Shown: one piece after another, positions 54,822 to 64,000 of the stretch
How the letters are laid out: each line of letters begins with the position of its first letter
How positions within the stretch are numbered: the stretch's first letter is position 1
NCBI GenBank assembly: GCA_963790305.1
Contig: CAWBOC010000010.1
Coordinates: 64,001-128,000 of the forward strand
Source: an uncultured Gemmatimonadaceae bacterium
Lineage (GTDB): Bacteria > Gemmatimonadota > Gemmatimonadetes > Gemmatimonadales > Gemmatimonadaceae
Length of the DNA: 64,000 bases
Reading direction: 5' to 3'
The notes under the pieces: generated by a model
Told to the model about the DNA's origin: nothing
What the model saw: the letters and a program-made list of their open reading frames with translations, nothing else
Database searches by the model: none
Made by a program: the position numbers and the translations under genes

Positions 54822-54954
54822 CGAGCCACCCCCCGAGCCGGAAGAGATCTGTGAGGTCTGCGGGTCGGTGGACGTGGTGTGGATGCAGTGCAAGCTGTTA
54901 TGCAGGAACTGCGGGTCGATCGTCAAGTCGTGCGCGGATCTGAGGCGGGTTTGA
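54811..54954 (+). CDS. Small Cys-rich zinc-ribbon protein (47 aa)
   Basis: CEVCG...CKLLCRNCG...SCAD; TTG start overlapping the transporter end. Confidence 0.6.
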   Translation: MPPDEPPPEPEEICEVCGSVDVVWMQCKLLCRNCGSIVKSCADLRRV

Positions 54955-57007
54955 ACGGCGAAGACGTCGTAGCAGCCTCCTCCAGCAGCGACCTCAGCCT
55001 ACCCGGATCGGAAGTCGGCTCCGAGCAGAGATAGTGACGGCACACGTACCCCGTGGCGCTTCCGTCTCTGGCGACGCGGTCCTCGAGGAGCGCCACGGTG
55101 GCTCCTTCACCGGGGGCACCGCCGGCCAGGACGAGCGCGGGCAGATACTGCCGAGCCACCTCCGCCGTGAGCGCGCGAAAGTCCTCACGTTGCGGGTCGC
55201 CAACGATCGCGACTTCAGTGGCACCGTTGATCGCCAGATCGGCTGCACCTAACAAGTACCCGAACGCGGCCCCGTGCTGCGCCAGTGGAGCGGCCAGGGT
55301 CTCGAGCATCCACGTCGCTCGGCGCTGCATGTCGGAGTCACGAAAGAGCTCGGCAAGGCGCAAGAGAAGCTCGACTGCGAGAGAGGTCCCGGCGGGGGTC
55401 GCGTTGTCGGTCACCTCGCGAGGGCGGGTGATCAACCGCTCGTGGTCGTGCGCCGTATCGAAGAACATGTTGGCGCTTTCGTCCCAGAAGGACGCGACCA
55501 TCGCATCGCCCAGTAGGCGAGCCCGCGTGAGCCACGAAGCGTCGAACGTGAGCTCGTAGAGCGAGAGAAACGCCAGCGCGACGGCCGCATGGTCCTCGAG
55601 AAAACCAGCGATGCGCGCTCGCCCATCTTTCCACGAGCGAGAAACCTTGTTCTCCTGAACCAGCTCGCGCGCGAGAAACTCGCCGGAGTGTAGTGCCGCG
55701 GCACGCCAGTCTTCGCGGCCACCCACACGAGCACCGTCGGCCAGGGCACGAAGCATGAGGCCGTTCCACGATGCGAGCACTTTTTCATCGCGTCCCGGCC
55801 ACACGCGCGCCGCCCGGCGCTCGTACAGCTTCGCCCGTGCTCGGCGAACCGCGTCCTCCAGGTGGGAGCGCTCAATGCTCTCCCGTGCAGCGACCGCGGA
55901 GGGCTCGTTGGGCACGTGAAGGATGTTGTGTCCCTCGAAGTTTCCACCCGGGCTCACACCCCAATACTTCGAGACGAGTGCGGCGTCTTCCCCCACGACT
56001 TCCTCGAGCTCGGCAGCACTCCATACATAGAACTTGCCTTCCTCACCCTCGCTGTCGGCGTCGAGCGAGGAGTAGAAGCCGCCCTCGGGTGAGCGCATTT
56101 CCCGAAGGGCCCAATCGATGGTGTCCTCCGTCACGCGTCGGGTCTCGTCGTCGCCGGTGGCCTGCCAAAGATGAACGCCGAGGCGCGCCAGGAGCGCGTT
56201 GTCGTACAGCATCTTCTCGAAGTGCGGCACCAGCCACACCGCGTCGACTGCATAACGATGAAAGCCCCCGCCCACCTGATCGTATATCCCGCCGCGTGCC
56301 ATCCGTCGGAACGAGTGAGTGGCGATCTCGAGGGCGTGCGACGTCCCGGTGCGACGCCAATAGCGCAGCGAGAAGTCGAGCGCCATGGCCTGCGGGAACT
56401 TGGGTGCCCCTTCGAATCCCCCCTGGCGTGCGTCGTACCGCTGCGCGATCGAGCGCCAGGCGCGGTCGAGCAGGGCGGGGCTGAGCCCACCGGTACTGCG
56501 GGGAGCGGTCGTGGCAGCAACGTAGATGCTCTTGAGCTGCTCCCCGGAGCGCATGACCTCCTCGCGCCGGGTGCGATACGCATCCGCCACCCCGGCGAGG
56601 ACGCGCCGGAACGACGGCATCCCCATGCGATCGTCGGGCGGGTAGTACGTGCCGCCGAAGAATGGCACGCCCTCGGGCGTGAGAAACATCGTCATCGGCC
56701 AGCCGCCATGTCCGGTCATTGCCTGGACGGCGCTCATGTAAATCCCGTCGAGATCGGGACGCTCTTCGCGGTCGACCTTGATGTTGACGAAGTGATCGTT
56801 CATGACGCGCGCCGTCGCCTCATCCTCGAACGATTCGCGCTCCATTACGTGGCACCAGTGACAGGCCGCGTAGCCAATGCTGAGAAGAATCGGCTTGTCC
56901 TCGCGCTGTGCGCGCTCCAGCGCCTCGCTGCCCCACGGGTACCAGTCGACCGGGTTGTGGGCGTGCTGAAGGAGATAGGGACTCGTCTCGTGAGCTAGTC
57001 GGTTCAT
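54923..57007 (-). CDS. yyaL: YyaL/SPATA20-like thioredoxin-domain (DUF255) protein
   Basis: [46 protein letters not shown]. Confidence 0.93.
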   Translation of the reverse strand: MNRLAHETSPYLLQHAHNPVDWYPWGSEALERAQREDKPILLSIGYAACHWCHVMERESFEDEATARVMNDHFVNIKVDREERPDLDGIYMSAVQAMTGHGGWPMTMFLTPEGVPFFGGTYYPPDDRMGMPSFRRVLAGVADAYRTRREEVMRSGEQLKSIYVAATTAPRSTGGLSPALLDRAWRSIAQRYDARQGGFEGAPKFPQAMALDFSLRYWRRTGTSHALEIATHSFRRMARGGIYDQVGGGFHRYAVDAVWLVPHFEKMLYDNALLARLGVHLWQATGDDETRRVTEDTIDWALREMRSPEGGFYSSLDADSEGEEGKFYVWSAAELEEVVGEDAALVSKYWGVSPGGNFEGHNILHVPNEPSAVAARESIERSHLEDAVRRARAKLYERRAARVWPGRDEKVLASWNGLMLRALADGARVGGREDWRAAALHSGEFLARELVQENKVSRSWKDGRARIAGFLEDHAAVALAFLSLYELTFDASWLTRARLLGDAMVASFWDESANMFFDTAHDHERLITRPREVTDNATPAGTSLAVELLLRLAELFRDSDMQRRATWMLETLAAPLAQHGAAFGYLLGAADLAINGATEVAIVGDPQREDFRALTAEVARQYLPALVLAGGAPGEGATVALLEDRVARDGSATGYVCRHYLCSEPTSDPGRLRSLLEEAATTSSPFKPASDPRTT

Positions 57008-57102
57008 GCGGCGCGGAATGCGGAATGCGGATTGCGGATGGGGACTGCTTGCCTCATGGTGTCATCACGCATGCCGCATTCCGCAATCCGCAATCCGCAA
57101 TC
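57008..57102. repeat. Inverted pair of 7-mer tandem repeats (ATGCGGA family) filling a divergent intergenic region
   Basis: gcggaatgcggaatgcggattgcggatg ... ccgcattccgcaatccgcaatccgcaatc. Confidence 0.85.
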
Positions 57103-57107
57103 AGACC

Positions 57108-58482
57108 ATGCCCCTCGCTCCTGAGCTCGACCGCTTCCTCGCTGACAACGATGGTCGCATCCACGACGAGCTGTTCGAGTTTCTCCGCATTCCCAGCGTC
57201 AGCGCTCGCTCCGAGCATCGGCCGGATACGCTGCGCGCTGCGGAGTGGCTCGCGGCGCGAATGCGCGACGTGGGGCTCACCACCGAGGTCGTGCCAACCG
57301 ACGGACATCCGATCGTCATCGGTGAATGGCGCAAGGCGGGCGAGGGCGCGCCCACGGTGCTCATCTACGGACACTACGATGTGCAGCCCGCGGAACCGCT
57401 CGAGCTCTGGGAGTCGCCGCCCTTCGAGCCAACGGTGCGGCGCGGGCGCATCTATGCGCGCGGCGCTGTCGACGACAAGGGACAGCTGTATCTACACGTC
57501 AAGGCGCTCGAGGCGCATCTCCGCACTCGCGGCACGCTCCCCATCAACGTGATCGTTCTCGCGGAGGGCGAGGAGGAGATCGGCAGCCCGAACCTCGCCA
57601 CCTTCGTCGAGACCCAGGCCAAACGGCTCGACTGCGACGCCGTCGTCATCAGCGACTCGTCGATGTTTGCGCCGGGCCTGCCCTCGATTCTGTCGTCCCT
57701 GCGCGGGATGACCTATCTGCAGATCGACCTTCAGGGCCCGGCGGTCGATCTGCACTCCGGGTCGTACGGCGGTGCGGTGATCAATCCCGCCACGGCACTC
57801 GCGCGCATCATTGCGAGCTTTCACGATGAGAACTATCGCGTCGCCATCCCGGGCTTTTACGACAAAGTGCGTGAATGGTCACCGGACGCTCGCGACCGAA
57901 TCCGCGCACTCCCGTTCGAGGAGTCGAAGTTCGGCGACGAGGTCGGCGCGCCCGTCGCTTGGCGGGGAGAAGGGTCAGTCGACGCTGGAGCGCATCTGGA
58001 CTCGCCCAACGTGCGAGATCAACGGGTTGCTGAGCGGCTACACCGGCGAGGGCGCGAAGACCGTTCTGCCGGCGACGGCGATGGCGAAGGTGAGCTGCCG
58101 CCTCGTCCCCGACCAGGATCCGGATGAGATCGCCACGCTCGTGCGCGCGCACGTCGAGCGCGTGGCGCCGCCTGGCGTCACGGTCACCATCCGCGCGCTG
58201 CACGGCGGGCGGCCATGGCGCGCGGACCTCAAAGGCCCGCTGTACGACGCCGCCCGCCGTGCGCTCGCGGCGGCTTTTGGACGAGAACCCGTCATCGTCG
58301 GCGAAGGCGGATCCATTCCCGTCGTCGGGGACTTCGAGCGCATTCTCGAGGCGCCTGTTCTCCTGGTCGGATTTGGGCTTCCGGGGGAGAACGCGCACGC
58401 TCCGAATGAATGGATGAGCGACGAGAACTTCGTGAAGGGAACGCGCGCGATCGCTGCACTCTGGGACGAACTGCGGGCCTAA
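57108..58482 (+). CDS. M20 family dipeptidase (frameshift near 57953)
   Basis: RIPSVS, YGHYDVQP, RGAVDDKG, EGEEE, DLHSG, then GYTGEGAKTV, GGSIP, HAPNE in the next frame. Confidence 0.92.
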
Positions 58483-58519
58483 AATCGGGCTGAACGACCG
58501 GACGGGCCTCGAAAAGGGC

Positions 58520-58552
58520 TTGACGCGGGCTGTAATTTAGGCTATCCTAAAT
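58520..58552 (+). promoter_or_regulatory. Sigma70 promoter overlapped by a DtxR/MntR-type operator
   Basis: TTGACG(58520-25)-N17-TATCCT(58543-48); perfect palindrome ATTTAGG-CTAT-CCTAAAT at 58535-58552. Confidence 0.8.
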
Positions 58553-58670
58553 CTGCCGTTATCTGTTACTAATTCTGCCTTTCGGTCCGTCTATTAGGTG
58601 GTTGAACCGGATAGCTGAACTCACAATACGGCGCGAACGCTGGTCGTAGCGCGTAGCGCATCGGATCCAC

Positions 58671-59708
58671 ATGTCCAAGGACTCGCCCCTCTCACGTCGC
58701 GCCCTGCTCAAAGCGGGCGCACTCGGCACAGTGGCAGCCGGCGGTGCCGCAGCCCTCCGCACCCTTCACGGCGTGGCCGAGGCCCAGCAGCGCGTCGACA
58801 CGACCGGCGGGCGCGCGGTCGTGCACGGATCGCACGACGCCATGATCGCGGTCGGCGAGCTGACTCCCGGCCAGTTCGACCCCACCGCCTTCCTCACCCA
58901 CTTCGATTACGGGACCGTCTCCCGCCTGCCTAACGGCCAGACGTTGCGCGAGTATACGATCGTCGCCGAAGATCGGGAGATCGAGGTCGCCCCGGGGGTG
59001 TTCTACCCGGCGTGGACCTACAACGGCCAGGTTCCCGGTCCGACCATTCGGTGCACCGAGGGTGACCGCGTACGCATCCACTTTACGAATAACGGCAAGC
59101 ACATCCACTCGATCCACTTTCACGGAATTCATCCCGCGAACATGGATGGCGCATTCGAGATGATTCCGCCGGGTGAGCGGTACGTCTACGAGTTCGACGC
59201 CGAGCCGTTCGGGCTGCACCTGTATCACTGCCACACCGTCCCGATCAAGCGCCACATCCACAAGGGATTGTACGGCGCATTCATCATCGATCCGAAAGAG
59301 GGCCGCCCAGCGGCGAACGAGCTCGTGATGGTGATGAACGGGTTCGACACGAACTTCGACAACGAGAACGAAGTTTACGCCGTGAACACGGTGGCCTTTC
59401 ACTATCAGAAGCATCCGATTCCGATCAAGCTCGGCGAGCTGACACGGGTGTATCTCATCAACATTACCGAGTTCGATCTGCTCAACTCGTTGCACATTCA
59501 CGGCAACATGTTCCGGTTGTACCGCACCGGCACGAGCCTGACGAACTCCGAATTGACCGACATCGTGACGCTCGGGCAGGGTGAGCGCTCGGTGCTGGAG
59601 TTCACGTACAAGTTCCCGGGCCAGTTCATGTTTCACGCGCATCAGAGCGAGTTCGCCGAGCTCGGGTGGAGCGGGATCTTCCGCGTGGAGGAGCCCGCCC
59701 GTGTCTAG
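58671..59708 (+). CDS. Tat-exported two-domain multicopper oxidase
   Basis: SRRALLK Tat motif; HSIHFHG, YHCH...RHIHKGL, NSLHIHG, FHAHQ. Confidence 0.9.
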   Translation: MSKDSPLSRRALLKAGALGTVAAGGAAALRTLHGVAEAQQRVDTTGGRAVVHGSHDAMIAVGELTPGQFDPTAFLTHFDYGTVSRLPNGQTLREYTIVAEDREIEVAPGVFYPAWTYNGQVPGPTIRCTEGDRVRIHFTNNGKHIHSIHFHGIHPANMDGAFEMIPPGERYVYEFDAEPFGLHLYHCHTVPIKRHIHKGLYGAFIIDPKEGRPAANELVMVMNGFDTNFDNENEVYAVNTVAFHYQKHPIPIKLGELTRVYLINITEFDLLNSLHIHGNMFRLYRTGTSLTNSELTDIVTLGQGERSVLEFTYKFPGQFMFHAHQSEFAELGWSGIFRVEEPARV

Positions 59709-60906
59709 CGCCTCTAGCGCGTCTAGCGCCTCTAGCGCCTCTAGCACTCGTACGAACCGCCTCCTCCTCGGGCTCGGGCCGCTCGCGCTGCTCGCGCTGC
59801 TCATCTTCGCATTCCTCAAGGTCGGGCCGCTGGGCGTCTTCCGCGCCGCGTTTCCCCCGGTCGAGGAGCTGACGATCGAGCGCGTGACGCTGCCGAAGGC
59901 GGGAGAGATGGTCGTGCACGTCGTCAACGGCGGTCCCGAAGCGGTCACGGTGGCCCAGGTGCTCGTCGATGACGCGTCGTGGCTCCATTACATCGATGGT
60001 GAGCGCACCATTAGCCGGCTCGAGCGTCGCGCGATTCGCATCCCGTACCCGTGGGTCGAGGGCGAGCCGCACGTCGTGCGTCTCATCACCAGTACCGGTC
60101 TCACCTTCGATACGACGATCGAGGTCGCGACGACAACCCCGACTGCCAATGCGCGATACCTCACCACGTTTGCGCTCCTTGGCGTGTACGTCGGTGTCAT
60201 CCCGGTGTTTCTGGGACTCCTCTGGTTTCCCTTTCTGCGGACGGCGAGCCGCCGCTGGCTCGACTTCTTCCTGTCACTCACCGTTGGCCTGCTGATCTTT
60301 CTCGGGGTCGACGCGTTCGCTGAGGCGCTCGAGACTTCCGCGCGCGTCGCGGGCGCCTTTCAGGGCCTCGGCGTCGTCTTGTTAGGCGTGCTCGGAACGC
60401 CCCTCGCGCTCGCCGCGATCGGCCACCGCAATCGCGGGACAGGGAAGGGAACTTCCGCGTTTCACGTCTCGCTGTTGATCGCCATCGGCATTGGCTTGCA
60501 CAACCTCGGTGAGGGTCTCGCGATCGGGGCCGCCTACTCCACCGGCGCGATCGCGCTCGGCACCTTCCTGATCATTGGCTTCCTGCTACACAACACGACG
60601 GAAGGGCTCGGGATTCTCGCGCCCATCGCGACCGAGCGGCCGAGTATCGCGCGGCTCGCGATGTTGGGAGCGATCGCGGGAGTGCCGACCGTCCTCGGTG
60701 CCTGGATCGGCGCCTTTACGTACTCGCCGCTGTGGACGACGCTGTTCTTCGCGGTCGGCGCGGGTGCCATCGTGCAGGTCGTGTGGGAGCTGATCAAGCT
60801 GTTCTCCCGTCGTTCCGAAGGCGGCCTCACCGCGCCGTTGAATGTCGCTGGAGTGATGGCGGGGCTGCTGATCATGTACGTCACCGGTCTCCTGGTTCCC
60901 GCATGA
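59701..60906 (+). CDS. ZIP family metal transporter with N-terminal extracytoplasmic domain
   Basis: GIGLHNLGEGLAIG and LHNTTEG; GTG 59701 overlaps the oxidase stop. Confidence 0.88.
   Translation: MSSASSASSASSASSTRTNRLLLGLGPLALLALLIFAFLKVGPLGVFRAAFPPVEELTIERVTLPKAGEMVVHVVNGGPEAVTVAQVLVDDASWLHYIDGERTISRLERRAIRIPYPWVEGEPHVVRLITSTGLTFDTTIEVATTTPTANARYLTTFALLGVYVGVIPVFLGLLWFPFLRTASRRWLDFFLSLTVGLLIFLGVDAFAEALETSARVAGAFQGLGVVLLGVLGTPLALAAIGHRNRGTGKGTSAFHVSLLIAIGIGLHNLGEGLAIGAAYSTGAIALGTFLIIGFLLHNTTEGLGILAPIATERPSIARLAMLGAIAGVPTVLGAWIGAFTYSPLWTTLFFAVGAGAIVQVVWELIKLFSRRSEGGLTAPLNVAGVMAGLLIMYVTGLLVPA
59704..59745 (+). repeat. (TCTAGCGCC)n 9-mer array, single arm, translated as SSASSASSASSASS
   Basis: Same unit as the right arms at 21308-21347 and 45946-45978. 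Confidence 0.85.
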
Positions 60907-61718
60907 GAATCCGTTCGCTCGCGGCCGTGGCGGCATGCGCGCTCGCATCGGTGGTGGACGCGCAGGTGGCAGGGCAGAGCACCGGCCCCCGGCCGCCGGT
61001 CCGCGACAACAGCTTCCTCGTCGAGGAGGCGTACAATCAAGAGGCGCGCGTCGTTCAGCACGTCAGTGTGCTTTCAGTGACGCGCGAGAGTGACGGCTGG
61101 GAGTATGGGTTCACGCAGGAGTGGCCCGCGGGCAGTCAGCGCCACCAGCTGAGCGTCACCGTGCCGATCGTGAATGCGGCGGATGCGACCGGCGTTGGCG
61201 ATGTCGCCCTCAACTACCGGTACCAGCTCGCCTTCGACGACGCGAGCGGCAATGCCGTGGCGCCGCGCGTGAGTCTCGTGCTTCCCACCGGGGACGCCGA
61301 GCAGGGGCGCGGGACGTCGTCGTTAGGTCTTCAGGTGAATCTGCCGGTGAGCTGGGGATGGCACCGTACCTTTGTCACGCACTGGAACGTCGGCGGGGCG
61401 TGGACGCCATCGGCCCGCGCACCGTCGGGGGGAAGAAGTGCCACGCGCGATGTCACGGCGGCCGCCAGCGCGATCTGGCTGGCGAGGCGCGCGGTCAACC
61501 TGATGCTCGAGTTCGCCTGGGCGCGTGAAGAGTTCGCCGTGGGAGCCGATGCACGCGTTGCGGAAGAATCGGCCTGGATCTCGCCGGGCGTGCGTGCCGC
61601 GATCGATTTCCCCAGCGGTCTCCAGATTGTTCCCGGTCTCGCGTTTCCCATCGGCATCGGTCCGAGCGATGGCGAAAAGCGCGTGCTGGTGTACCTCAGC
61701 TTCGAGCACGGCTTCTAG
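60903..61718 (+). CDS. Outer-membrane beta-barrel 'transporter'-like protein
   Basis: Signal peptide; DNSFLVEEAYNQE, GVGDVALNYRYQ, LVLPTGD, terminal YLSFEHGF. Confidence 0.7.
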   Translation: MRIRSLAAVAACALASVVDAQVAGQSTGPRPPVRDNSFLVEEAYNQEARVVQHVSVLSVTRESDGWEYGFTQEWPAGSQRHQLSVTVPIVNAADATGVGDVALNYRYQLAFDDASGNAVAPRVSLVLPTGDAEQGRGTSSLGLQVNLPVSWGWHRTFVTHWNVGGAWTPSARAPSGGRSATRDVTAAASAIWLARRAVNLMLEFAWAREEFAVGADARVAEESAWISPGVRAAIDFPSGLQIVPGLAFPIGIGPSDGEKRVLVYLSFEHGF

Positions 61719-61850
61719 GGGTCAGGAGTCAGGGGTCAGGGATCAGGGGATGTCGGGGGAAGCGGTGCCAGGAGAGCGACGTGTCGTTCCCTCCTGCGAC
61801 CCAACCCCTGCCCCCCCTGATCCCTGACCCCTGACTCCTGACCCCTAGAA
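61713..61850. repeat. Perfect 37-bp inverted repeat made of TCAGGRR 7-mers, including both convergent stop codons
   Basis: 61713-61749 ttctaggggtcaggagtcaggggtcagggatcagggg is the exact reverse complement of 61814-61850. Confidence 0.92.
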
Positions 61851-64000
61851 ACGCCATTCCCGAATCACGAACGCGCCCAGGATGTTCTTGCGCGGCGGGT
61901 CCGCCTGGGCGGCGAGCGTCGGCTCACGGATGAGATACCGAGGTACGTAGCTCATCTCCAGGCGGAGCCCCTTGGGCATCCGGTGCACGAGACGAATACC
62001 AAACGGGTTCTTGTTCGCCGGCTGCGCCTGAATGGCGACGAACGTTCGGCTGCGATTGATGTACTTGCCTGCCTCGATCTCGGTGAGACTGAGCGAGCTG
62101 ATCACGCTATTCGACGACAGCTCCGCCGGGACGTCGGCGGGTGTGAGTCTGAACTCGTCCGTCCCTAACGAGCGCGCCGCGTCCTGCTCGAGCTCGTTCG
62201 TCAGCACGTCCAGCGCCGTGCCGGCCAGCTGACGCGTGGCAATGCTGGCCACCGCGCCCGCCAGCTCGCCACTCCCCGATGACTGTCCCGAAAGCGCCGA
62301 TCCCTGGGCGGTCAGCAGTGACGATGACGACTTGCCGAATGCGAGATAGCTCAGCAGGTCGGACTGCGAGATCGGCGGTTGCGCGGTGCTCTCGAGCGTG
62401 AGCTTCGGATTGCGCAGGGTTCCGCCGATGATCACCTGGATGTCGAGCGCCCCGGACCCCACGAGCGAGACCTCGTGGATGGCGGTGATCTGCAACATCG
62501 GGTTGATCTCGGGATCGCCAATGAAGGTCGCCGAGCCGCGGTTGATGACGAAGCGCCGGCCCATGAACTCGTACGTCCCCTGGTCGGCGTTCACCACCCC
62601 CTCGAGCGTGAGGGCCTGCTTGCTGCGGTCGACGTGAATCGTGAGTGCGCCATACCGCTCGGGCGTGTACACCTCGACGTTCGCCTCGGGCGATCGCACC
62701 CAGGTGTCGCGCGACACGTTGAGCGTGACATCCACGCGCAGGTTGTCCATCAGCGGTGACTGCCCCGGCAAGACCTCGCGCTCGGCGATGATCGAGGTAT
62801 CCACGACCGCGAAGACCGCGGGGTCATCGGCGTTGATGACATCCTTTCCGTCGGACTTCGGGATGTAGATGACGCCGTTGCGGATGTTCGCCGTCCCGGT
62901 GACGTACACGGCGTCGAAGGGTCCCTCGATGCCGATGTTCGCGTCCGCGTTGATGCGTCCCTGCTCGTTGTCGAGCACGCGTGCGTTCGTCGCCACCAGG
63001 CGCAGATCGAACGAGGGGCGCGTGAGCTCCGCGACGCCAATGCCGCCGCGGATGCGGATGGGACCGTTCGCGCGCCCAACGAGCGAATCGATGACAATGG
63101 TGTCGCCGTTGAGCCGCACCAGCCCATTGATGTCGCGCATCGTGACGCCGAGCGGCACGATCCGGAACGACGCGAAGTCGAGGGCCATCAGCCCCGTCAG
63201 CTCCGGCGAGCGTGGCGTGCCTCGCGCGGTGAGCACCCCCACCAGCTCCCCGCGCACCTCGCTGATCGCGTCGGTGAACTTGGGCAGCACATCCAGCGGA
63301 AGCGAATCGGCGCGGAGCTCGAATTCCAGCGGCCGGTCGAGCAGTCGCGGGCCGGTGACTCCGGCCAGCGCGAGGTTCACCGGGATGACGCCCTCGGCGA
63401 CCGCCACCGGCGTGCCGTTGCCCCGCAGCATTTCGGCCTGCGCGTCGAGCACTTCGTCGGAGTAGGTCAATCGCGCACGGACGTCCGGCACCACCGTGCC
63501 CCGATACGATACGCCCGTCACGCCTAACGCCGCACGCACTCGCGGGTCGCGCGTCGTTCCCTCCACCCGCGCCACGACCTGGAGCACGCCGGTCGCCTCG
63601 ATGTCCGACTGCAACAGCTCGACGACATGCGACACCTCGAGCCCGGAGATCTCGATGTCGAGACGGGCCGTCCCCTCGGTGGGCACGAGTCCATTCACGT
63701 AGATGCGGCCGCGCGTTCCCTGGCGAAGATCGAGCGCGAGAATCTCGACACCACGGCCTCCCCAGCGGACGGTGCTCGGACGCGCCGACACCCAGGTCGT
63801 CGTGTCGAATCGGAGGTGCAGTTGATCGAGGTGCACTTCGCGGTGATCGGTGTGCAGCGCGAAGCTGCCGCTCAATCGATAGTCATGCGACTCATGCTGA
63901 TGAATGGCGACGTCGATCTTGCCGGTCGTCCCGCGTGCCGTGATACGGGCTTCGACGCTGTCCAGCGCAAACCCCGCTGCCTGCACCGTGTCGAGCGAGA
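61845..64000 (-). CDS. tamB: Translocation and assembly module TamB (DUF490), C-terminal part
   Basis: Beta-taco repeats, GTYEFMGRRF, GDPEINP.L.I.A, IGGTLRNPKLTLES.PP.SQSDLLSYL.FG; starts beyond the window. Confidence 0.85.
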   Translation of the reverse strand, partial: SLDTVQAAGFALDSVEARITARGTTGKIDVAIHQHESHDYRLSGSFALHTDHREVHLDQLHLRFDTTTWVSARPSTVRWGGRGVEILALDLRQGTRGRIYVNGLVPTEGTARLDIEISGLEVSHVVELLQSDIEATGVLQVVARVEGTTRDPRVRAALGVTGVSYRGTVVPDVRARLTYSDEVLDAQAEMLRGNGTPVAVAEGVIPVNLALAGVTGPRLLDRPLEFELRADSLPLDVLPKFTDAISEVRGELVGVLTARGTPRSPELTGLMALDFASFRIVPLGVTMRDINGLVRLNGDTIVIDSLVGRANGPIRIRGGIGVAELTRPSFDLRLVATNARVLDNEQGRINADANIGIEGPFDAVYVTGTANIRNGVIYIPKSDGKDVINADDPAVFAVVDTSIIAEREVLPGQSPLMDNLRVDVTLNVSRDTWVRSPEANVEVYTPERYGALTIHVDRSKQALTLEGVVNADQGTYEFMGRRFVINRGSATFIGDPEINPMLQITAIHEVSLVGSGALDIQVIIGGTLRNPKLTLESTAQPPISQSDLLSYLAFGKSSSSLLTAQGSALSGQSSGSGELAGAVASIATRQLAGTALDVLTNELEQDAARSLGTDEFRLTPADVPAELSSNSVISSLSLTEIEAGKYINRSRTFVAIQAQPANKNPFGIRLVHRMPKGLRLEMSYVPRYLIREPTLAAQADPPRKNILGAFVIREWRF

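Noticed and set aside
58553..58670. Mn-sensing yybP-ykoY riboswitch in the oxidase leader
   Set aside because: Conserved core not seen; the operator palindrome already explains metal control. An Infernal search would settle it.
58671..59708. Copper nitrite reductase NirK
   Set aside because: HxH motifs in all four positions indicate a trinuclear-cluster oxidase, and the context is metal transport rather than denitrification.

Overview
High-GC bacterial chromosomal window with about 50 genes. Gene content and style suggest Gemmatimonadota (inference). I recognised no rRNA, tRNA, CRISPR, transposase or prophage. Gene content in order: udgX, alkA, rlmL-like; a five-gene signalling operon (poly-HAMP/GAF/HisKA/3xREC hybrid kinase, cheR, REC-less cheB, REC-PAS kinase, YqaA/VTT protein); a Cache-HAMP Ser/Thr kinase with a cupredoxin-like protein and a porin; a TsdA-like diheme cytochrome with a Tat-exported DsrE-like protein; pntAA/AB/B; a sigma54-driven type IV pilin; sucA; a PIG-L deacetylase with an Fe3+/polyamine-type ABC transporter; a PAS kinase, ANTAR regulator and ndh; a BMP nucleoside ABC transporter; nadBAC; yyaL; an M20 peptidase; a DtxR-boxed multicopper oxidase/ZIP/beta-barrel operon; and the 3' part of tamB. 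About 20 frameshifts, mostly at 8.3-30.7 kb and apparently single-base insertions, look like long-read consensus errors. Two signals are not explained by the genes. (1) The octamer GCCTAACG/CGTTAGGC is strongly over-represented, almost always inside genes where it imposes rare codons. (2) About 14 dispersed elements are built from 7-, 9- or 11-nt tandem repeats, usually as inverted pairs that abut or supply stop codons, and some are translated in frame. Several genes also have leaderless-type promoters.
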